Below are positions 32,133 through 38,311 of a stretch of 38,311 nucleotides of DNA, one piece after another. The stretch's first letter is position 1. The number at the start of each line of letters is the position of its first letter. The position numbers and the translations under genes are program-made. The notes beneath the pieces were generated by a model that worked only from the letters and a program-made list of their open reading frames with translations, had not been told where the DNA came from and searched no databases. The stretch comes from a virus (taxonomy: Duplodnaviria; Heunggongvirae; Uroviricota; Caudoviricetes). Location of the stretch: IMG/VR virus record IMGVR_UViG_2534681700_000007, positions 1-38,311 of that record; one strand, given 5' to 3'.

Positions 32133-32524
32133 AACATACTGAACTCCGTGCAGCCGTACTGGATGCACTGGAGAAGCATGACACCGGGGCGACGTTTTTT
32201 GATGGTCGCCCCGCTGTTTTTGATGAGGCGGATTTTCCGGCAGTTGCCGTTTATCTCACCGGCGCTGAATACACGGGCGAAGAGCTGGACAGCGATACCT
32301 GGCAGGCGGAGCTGCATATCGAAGTTTTCCTGCCTGCTCAGGTGCCGGATTCAGAGCTGGATGCGTGGATGGAGTCCCGGATTTATCCGGTGATGAGCGA
32401 TATCCCGGCACTGTCAGATTTGATCACCAGTATGGTGGCCAGCGGCTATGACTACCGGCGCGACGATGATGCGGGCCTGTGGAGTTCAGCCGATCTGACT
32501 TATGTCATTACCTATGAAATGTGA
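32129..32524 (+). CDS. U: Tail terminator protein U, 131 aa
   Basis: ORF in the track; matches lambda gpU. Confidence 0.95.
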   Translation: MKHTELRAAVLDALEKHDTGATFFDGRPAVFDEADFPAVAVYLTGAEYTGEELDSDTWQAELHIEVFLPAQVPDSELDAWMESRIYPVMSDIPALSDLITSMVASGYDYRRDDDAGLWSSADLTYVITYEM

Positions 32525-32531
32525 GGACGCT

Positions 32532-33272
32532 ATGCCTGTACCAAATCCTACAATGCCGGTGAAAGGTGCCGGGACCACCCTGTGGGTTTATAAGGGGAGC
32601 GGTGACCCTTATGCGAATCCGCTTTCAGACGTTGACTGGTCGCGTCTGGCAAAAGTTAAAGACCTGACGCCCGGCGAACTGACCGCTGAGTCCTATGACG
32701 ACAGCTATCTCGATGATGAAGATGCAGACTGGACTGCGACCGGGCAGGGGCAGAAATCTGCCGGAGATACCAGCTTCACGCTGGCGTGGATACCCGGAGA
32801 GCAGGGGCAGCAGGCGCTGCTGGCGTGGTTTAATGAAGGCGATACCCGTGCCTATAAAATCCGCTTCCCGAACGGCACGGTCGATGTGTTCCGTGGCTGG
32901 GTCAGCAGTATCGGTAAGGCGGTGACGGCGAAGGAAGTGATCACCCGCACGGTGAAAGTCACCAATGTGGGACGTCCGTCGATGGCAGAAGATCGCAGCA
33001 CGGTAACAGCGGCAACCGGCATGACCGTGACGCCTGCCAGCACCTCGGTGGTGAAAGGGCAGAGCACCACGCTGACCGTGGCCTTCCAGCCGGAGGGCGT
33101 AACCGACAAGAGCTTTCGTGCGGTGTCTGCGGATAAAACAAAAGCCACCGTGTCGGTCAGTGGTATGACCATCACCGTGAACGGCGTTGCTGCAGGCAAG
33201 GTCAACATTCCGGTTGTATCCGGTAATGGTGAGTTTGCTGCGGTTGCAGAAATTACCGTCACCGCCAGTTAA
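32532..33272 (+). CDS. V: Major tail tube protein V, 246 aa
   Basis: ORF 32502..33272 trimmed to [22 protein letters not shown], the lambda gpV N-terminus; C-terminal Ig-like domain present. Confidence 0.95.
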   Translation: MPVPNPTMPVKGAGTTLWVYKGSGDPYANPLSDVDWSRLAKVKDLTPGELTAESYDDSYLDDEDADWTATGQGQKSAGDTSFTLAWIPGEQGQQALLAWFNEGDTRAYKIRFPNGTVDVFRGWVSSIGKAVTAKEVITRTVKVTNVGRPSMAEDRSTVTAATGMTVTPASTSVVKGQSTTLTVAFQPEGVTDKSFRAVSADKTKATVSVSGMTITVNGVAAGKVNIPVVSGNGEFAAVAEITVTAS

Positions 33273-33287
33273 TCCGGAGAGTCAGCG

Positions 33288-33710
33288 ATGTTCCTGAAAA
33301 CCGAATCATTTGAACATAACGGTGTGACCGTCACGCTTTCTGAACTGTCAGCCCTGCAGCGCATTGAGCATCTCGCCCTGATGAAACGGCAGGCAGAACA
33401 GGCGGAGTCAGACAGCAACCGGAAGTTTACTGTGGAAGACGCCATCAGAACCGGTGCTTTTGTGGTAGCGATGTCCCTGTGGCATAACCATCCGCAGAAG
33501 ACAAAGCAGCCTTCCATGAATGAAGCCGTTAAACAGATTGAGCAGGAAGTGCTTACCACCTGGCCTACAGAGGCAATTTCTCATGCTGAAAACGTGGTGT
33601 ACCGGCTGTCCGGTATGTATGAGTTTGTGGTGAATGATGCCCCTGAACAGGCAGAGGACGCCGGGCCTGCAGAGCCTGTTTCTGCGGGAAAGTGTTCGAC
33701 GGTGAGCTGA
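33288..33710 (+). CDS. G: Tail assembly chaperone G, 140 aa
   Basis: ORF in the track; matches lambda gpG; contains the slippery heptamer near its 3' end. Confidence 0.95.
   Translation: MFLKTESFEHNGVTVTLSELSALQRIEHLALMKRQAEQAESDSNRKFTVEDAIRTGAFVVAMSLWHNHPQKTKQPSMNEAVKQIEQEVLTTWPTEAISHAENVVYRLSGMYEFVVNDAPEQAEDAGPAEPVSAGKCSTVS
33686..33692 (+). other. Programmed -1 ribosomal frameshift site G GGA AAG producing the G-T fusion
   Basis: The heptamer is in the G frame (GGA at 33687, AAG at 33690); the T frame (33692..34126) lies in the -1 frame and has no independent start context. Confidence 0.85.
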
Positions 33711-34126
33711 CTTTTGCCCTGAAACTGGCGCGCGAGATGGGGCGACCCGACTGGCGTGCCATGCTTGCCGGGATGTCATCCACGGAGTATGCCGACTGGC
33801 ACCGCTTTTACAGTACCCATTATTTTCATGATGTTCTGCTGGATATGCACTTTTCCGGGCTGACGTACACCGTGCTCAGCCTGTTTTTCAGCGATCCGGA
33901 TATGCATCCGCTGGATTTCAGTCTGCTGAACCGGCGTGAGGCTGACGAAGAGCCTGAAGATGATGTGCTGATGCAGAAAGCGGCAGGGCTTGCCGGAGGC
34001 GTTCGTTTTGGCCCGGACGGGAATGAAGTTATCCCCGCTTCCCCGGATGTGGCGGACATGACGGAGGATGATGTAATGCTGATGACAGTATCAGAAGGGA
34101 TCGCAGGAGGAGTCCGGTATGGCTGA
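33692..34126 (+). CDS. T: Tail assembly protein T reading frame, expressed only as the G-T fusion
   Basis: ORF 33692..34126 in the -1 frame relative to G, overlapping the G 3' end; matches lambda gpT. Confidence 0.85.
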   Translation: MFDGELTFALKLAREMGRPDWRAMLAGMSSTEYADWHRFYSTHYFHDVLLDMHFSGLTYTVLSLFFSDPDMHPLDFSLLNRREADEEPEDDVLMQKAAGLAGGVRFGPDGNEVIPASPDVADMTEDDVMLMTVSEGIAGGVRYG

Positions 34127-36680
34127 ACCGGTAGGCGATCTGGTCGTTGATTTAAGTCTGGATGCGGCCAGATTTGACGAGCAGATGGCCAGAGTCAGGC
34201 GTCATTTTTCCGGTACGGAAAGTGATGCGAAAAAAACAGCGGCAGTCGTTGAACAGTCGATGAGCCGGCAGGCGCTGGCTGCACAGAAAGCGGGGATTTC
34301 CGTCGGGCAGTATAAAGCCGCCATGCGTATGCTGCCTGCGCAGTTCACCGACGTGGCCACGCAGCTTGCAGGCGGGCAGAGTCCGTGGCTGATCCTGCTG
34401 CAACAGGGGGGTCAGGTTAAGGACTCCTTCGGCGGGATGATCCCCATGTTCAGGGGGCTTGCCGGTGCGATCACCCTGCCGATGGTGGGGGCCACCTCGC
34501 TGGCGGTGGCGACCGGTGCGCTGGCGTATGCCTGGTATCAGGGCAACTCAACCCTGTCCGATTTCAACAAAACGCTGGTCCTTTCCGGCAATCAGGCGGG
34601 ACTGACGGCAGATCGTATGCTGGTCCTGTCCAGAGCCGGGCAGGCGGCAGGGCTGACGTTTAACCAGACCAGCGAGTCACTGACGGCGCTGGTGAATGCC
34701 GGTGTGCGTGGTGGTGAGCAGTTTGAGGCGATCAGCCAGAGTGTGGCGCGTTTCTCCTCTGCATCCGGCGTGGAGGTGGACAAGGTCGCTGAAGCCTTCG
34801 GGAAGCTGACCACAGACCCGACGTCGGGACTGACAGCGATGGCACGTCAGTTCCATAACGTGACGGCGGAGCAGATTGCGTATGTTGCTCAGTTGCAGCG
34901 TTCCGGCGATGAAGCCGGGGCATTGCAGGCGGCGAACGAGGCCGCAACGAAAGGGTTTGATGACCAGACCCGCCGCCTGAAAGAGAACATGGGCACGCTG
35001 GAGACCTGGGCAGACAGGACAGCGCGGGCATTCAAATCCATGTGGGATGCGGTGCTGGATATTGGTCGTCCTGATACCGCGCAGGAGATGTTGATTAAGG
35101 CAGAGGCTGCGTTTAAGAAAGCAGACGACATCTGGAATCTGCGCAAGGATGATTATTTTGTTAACGATGAAGCGCGGGCGCGTTACTGGGATGATCGTGA
35201 AAAGGCCCGTCTTGCGCTTGAAGCCGCCCGAAAGAAGGCTGAGCAGCAGAGTCAACAGGACAAAAATGCGCAGCAGCAGAGCGATACCGAAGCGTCACGG
35301 CTGAAATATACCGAAGAGGCACAGAAGGCTTACGAACGCCTGCAGACACCGCTGGAGAAATATACCGCCCGTCAGGAGGAACTGAATAAGGCACTGAAAG
35401 ACGGGAAAATCCTGCAGGCAGATTACAACACGCTGATGGCGGCGGCGAAAAAGGATTATGAAGCGACGCTGAAAAAGCCGAAACAGTCCGGCGTGAAGGT
35501 GTCTGCGGGCGATCGTCAGGAAGACAGTGCTCATGCTGCCCTGCTGACGCTTCAGGCTGAACTCCGGACGCTGGAGAAGCATGCCGGAGCAAATGAGAAA
35601 ATCAGCCAGCAGCGCCGGGATTTGTGGAAGGCGGAGAGTCAGTTCGCGGTACTGGAGGAGGCGGCGCAACGTCGCCAGCTGTCTGCACAGGAGAAATCCC
35701 TGCTGGCGCATAAAGATGATACGCTGGAGTACAAACGCCAGCTGGCTGCACTTGGCGACAAGGTTACGTATCAGGAGCGCCTGAACGCGCTGGCGCAGCA
35801 GGCGGATAAATTCGCACAGCAGCAACGGGCAAAACGGGCCGCCATTGATGCGAAAAGCCGGGGGCTGACTGACCGGCAGGCAGAACGGGAAGCCACAGAA
35901 CAGCGCCTGAAGGAACAGTATGGCGATAATCCGCTGGCGCTGAATAACGTCATGTCAGAGCAGAAAAAGACCTGGGCGGCTGAAGACCAGCTTCGCGGGA
36001 GCTGGATGGCAGGCCTGAAGTCCGGCTGGAGTGAGTGGGAAGAGAGCGCCACGGACAGTATGTCGCAGGTTAAAAGTGCAGCCACGCAGACCTTTGATGG
36101 TATTGCACAGAATATGGCGGCGATGCTGACCGGCAGTGAGCAGAACTGGCGCAGCTTTACCCGTTCCGTGCTGTCCATGATGACAGAAATTCTGCTTAAG
36201 CAGGCAATGGTGGGGATTGTCGGGAGTATCGGCAGCGCCATTGGCGGGGCTGTTGGTGGCGGCGCATCAGCGTCAGGCGGTACAGCCATTCAGGCAGCTG
36301 CTGCGAAATTCCATTTTGCGACCGGGGGATTTACGGGAACCGGCGGCAAATATGAGCCAGCGGGGATTGTTCACCGTGGTGAATTTGTCTTCACGAAGGA
36401 GGCAACCAGCCGGATTGGCGTGGGGAATCTCTACCGGCTGATGCGCGGCTATGCCACCGGTGGTTATGTCGGTACACCGGGCAGTCTGGCTGACAGCCGG
36501 TCGCAGGCGTCCGGGACGTTTGAGCAGAATAACCATGTGGTGATTAACAACGACGGCACGAACGGGCAGATAGGTCCGGCTGCTCTGAAGACGGTGTATG
36601 ACATGGCCCGCAAGGGTGCCCGTGATGAAATTCAGACACAGATGCGTGATGGTGGCCTGTTCTCCGGAGGTGGACGATGA
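34119..36680 (+). CDS. H: Tail tape-measure protein H, 853 aa
   Basis: ORF in the track; matches lambda gpH in length and sequence. Confidence 0.95.
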   Translation: MAEPVGDLVVDLSLDAARFDEQMARVRRHFSGTESDAKKTAAVVEQSMSRQALAAQKAGISVGQYKAAMRMLPAQFTDVATQLAGGQSPWLILLQQGGQVKDSFGGMIPMFRGLAGAITLPMVGATSLAVATGALAYAWYQGNSTLSDFNKTLVLSGNQAGLTADRMLVLSRAGQAAGLTFNQTSESLTALVNAGVRGGEQFEAISQSVARFSSASGVEVDKVAEAFGKLTTDPTSGLTAMARQFHNVTAEQIAYVAQLQRSGDEAGALQAANEAATKGFDDQTRRLKENMGTLETWADRTARAFKSMWDAVLDIGRPDTAQEMLIKAEAAFKKADDIWNLRKDDYFVNDEARARYWDDREKARLALEAARKKAEQQSQQDKNAQQQSDTEASRLKYTEEAQKAYERLQTPLEKYTARQEELNKALKDGKILQADYNTLMAAAKKDYEATLKKPKQSGVKVSAGDRQEDSAHAALLTLQAELRTLEKHAGANEKISQQRRDLWKAESQFAVLEEAAQRRQLSAQEKSLLAHKDDTLEYKRQLAALGDKVTYQERLNALAQQADKFAQQQRAKRAAIDAKSRGLTDRQAEREATEQRLKEQYGDNPLALNNVMSEQKKTWAAEDQLRGSWMAGLKSGWSEWEESATDSMSQVKSAATQTFDGIAQNMAAMLTGSEQNWRSFTRSVLSMMTEILLKQAMVGIVGSIGSAIGGAVGGGASASGGTAIQAAAAKFHFATGGFTGTGGKYEPAGIVHRGEFVFTKEATSRIGVGNLYRLMRGYATGGYVGTPGSLADSRSQASGTFEQNNHVVINNDGTNGQIGPAALKTVYDMARKGARDEIQTQMRDGGLFSGGGR

Positions 36681-37006
36681 AAACCTTCCGCTGGAAAGTG
36701 AAACCCGGTATGGATGTGGCTTCGGCCCCTTCTGTAAGAAAGGTGCGCTTTGGTGATGGCTATTCCCAGCGAGCGCCTGCCGGGCTGAATGCCAACCTGA
36801 AAACGTACAGCGTGACGCTTTCTGTCCCCCGTGAGGAGGCCACGGTACTGGAGTCGTTTCTGGAAGAGCACGGGGGCTGGAAAGCCTTTCTGTGGACACC
36901 GCCTTATGAGTGGCGGCAGATAAAGGTGACCTGCGCAAAATGGTCGTCGCGGGTCAGTATGCTGCGTGTTGAGTTCAGCGCAGAGTTTGAACAGGTGGTG
37001 AACTGA
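36677..37006 (+). CDS. M: Tail tip protein M, 109 aa
   Basis: ORF in the track; matches lambda gpM. Confidence 0.95.
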   Translation: MKTFRWKVKPGMDVASAPSVRKVRFGDGYSQRAPAGLNANLKTYSVTLSVPREEATVLESFLEEHGGWKAFLWTPPYEWRQIKVTCAKWSSRVSMLRVEFSAEFEQVVN

Positions 37007-37704
37007 TGCAGGATATCCGGCAGGAAACACTGAATGAATGCACCCGTGCGGAGCAGTCGGCCAGCGTGGTGCTATGGGAAATCGACCTGACAGAGGTCGG
37101 TGGAGAACGTTATTTTTTCTGTAATGAGCAGAACGAAAAAGGTGAGCCGGTCACCTGGCAGGGGCGACAGTATCAGGCGTATCCCATTCAGGGGAGTGGT
37201 TTTGAACTGAATGGCAAGGGCAGTGCTGCCCGTCCGACACTGACGGTTTCTAACCTGCACGGCATGGTCACCGGGATGGCGGAAGACCTGCAGAGTCTGG
37301 TCGGCGGAACGGTGGTCAGGCGTAAGGTTTACGCCCGTTTTCTGGATGCGGTGAACTTCGTCAACGGAAACAGTGACGCCGATCCGGAGCAGGAGGTGAT
37401 CAGCCGCTGGCGCATTGAGCAGTGCAGCGAACTGAGCGCGGTGAGTGCCTCTTTTGTACTGTCCACGCCGACGGAAACGGACGGCGCTGTTTTTCCGGGA
37501 CGTATCATGCTGGCCAACACCTGCACCTGGACCTATCGCGGTGATGAGTGCGGTTATCACGGTCCGGCTGTCGCGGATGAATATGACCAGCCGACGTCCG
37601 ATATCACGAAGGATAAATGCAGCAAATGCCTGAGTGGCTGTAAGTTTCGCAATAACGTCTGCAACTTTGGCGGCTTCCTTTCCATTAACAAACTTTCGCA
37701 GTAA
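37006..37704 (+). CDS. L: Tail tip protein L, 232 aa
   Basis: ORF in the track; matches lambda gpL; the Cys cluster near the C-terminus is conserved. Confidence 0.95.
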   Translation: MQDIRQETLNECTRAEQSASVVLWEIDLTEVGGERYFFCNEQNEKGEPVTWQGRQYQAYPIQGSGFELNGKGSAARPTLTVSNLHGMVTGMAEDLQSLVGGTVVRRKVYARFLDAVNFVNGNSDADPEQEVISRWRIEQCSELSAVSASFVLSTPTETDGAVFPGRIMLANTCTWTYRGDECGYHGPAVADEYDQPTSDITKDKCSKCLSGCKFRNNVCNFGGFLSINKLSQ

Positions 37705-37708
37705 TCCC

Positions 37709-38311
37709 ATGACAGAGACAGAATCAGCGATTCTGGCGCACGCCCGGCGATGTGCGCCAGCGGAGTCGTGCGGCTTCGTGGTGAGAACGCCGGAGGGGGA
37801 AAGATATTTTCCCTGCGTGAATATCTCCGGTGAGCCGGAGGATTATTTCCGGATGGCTCCGGAGGACTGGCTGCAGGCAGAAATGCAGGGTGAGATTGTG
37901 GCGCTGGTCCACAGTCATCCCGGTGGTCTGCCCTGGCTGAGTGATGCTGATCGGCGGCTGCAGGTGCAGAGTGATTTGCCGTGGTGGCTGGTCTGCCGGG
38001 GGGCGATTCATAAGTTCCGCTGTGTGCCGCATCTCACCGGGCGGCGCTTTGAGCACGGGTCGACGGACTGTTACACGCTGTTCCGGGATGCTTATCATCT
38101 GGCGGGGATTGAGATGCCGGATTTTCATCGCGGGTATGACTGGTGGCGTAACGGTCAGAATCTCTATCTTGACAATATGGAGGCAACGGGTTTTTACCGT
38201 GTCGCACTGACAGAGGCGCAGCCGGGCGATGTGCTGCTGTGCTGTTTTGGTTCATCGGTGCCGAATCATGCCGCCATTTACTGTGGTGATGGCGAGCTGC
38301 TGCACCATATT
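37709..38311 (+). CDS. K: Tail tip assembly protein K (JAMM/MPN plus NlpC/P60-type), 3' end truncated by the window; the conventional start is the in-frame ATG at 37853, with an open in-frame extension back to the ATG at 37709
   Basis: Frame is open from 37709 to the window end (not in the ORF track because no stop is reached). HSHPGGLPWLSDAD matches the JAMM HxHx7Sx2D motif; the 48-codon upstream extension contains a conserved-looking Glu (PAESCGFVV). Confidence 0.8.
   Translation, partial: MTETESAILAHARRCAPAESCGFVVRTPEGERYFPCVNISGEPEDYFRMAPEDWLQAEMQGEIVALVHSHPGGLPWLSDADRRLQVQSDLPWWLVCRGAIHKFRCVPHLTGRRFEHGSTDCYTLFRDAYHLAGIEMPDFHRGYDWWRNGQNLYLDNMEATGFYRVALTEAQPGDVLLCCFGSSVPNHAAIYCGDGELLHHI

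Overview
The window is most of an integrated, mosaic lambdoid prophage, read from the integrase stop codon (position 1) into tail gene K (cut by the window end). Three modules are recognisable from the translations. (1) 1-11.9 kb is a Rac-type early region: intR, xisR, ydaC, ralR, recT, recE, racC, ydaE, kilR, sieB, ydaF, ydaG, the repressor racR flanked by mirror-image promoter/operator modules, then ydaS, ydaT, ydaU, ydaV and two uncharacterised genes. (2) 11.9-21.3 kb is AT-rich accessory cargo: a ~752-codon P-loop (STAND-like) NTPase gene split after codon 49 by a complete IS1 with an 8-bp target duplication; a hok/mok type I toxin locus with IS186 inserted 23 bp downstream (12-bp target duplication, transposase frameshifted); nin-like genes and a candidate Q antiterminator; and a self-contained promoter-gene-gene-terminator moron encoding two paralogous lipoproteins whose C-terminal domains resemble TolA domain III. 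(3) 21.3-38.3 kb is the late region: phage-21-type pinholin and SAR endolysin, lambda-type Rz/Rz1 and bor, an uncleaved cos site, and a head/tail gene set essentially collinear with phage lambda (nu1, A, W, B, C/nu3, D, E, FI, FII, Z, U, V, G, T with the G-T slippery heptamer, H, M, L, K partial). No tRNA, rRNA or CRISPR array was found. The two best candidates for an undescribed function are the TolA-III-like lipoprotein pair and the IS1-interrupted NTPase; both are inferences from sequence only. All homology statements are my recognition of the supplied translations, not database searches.
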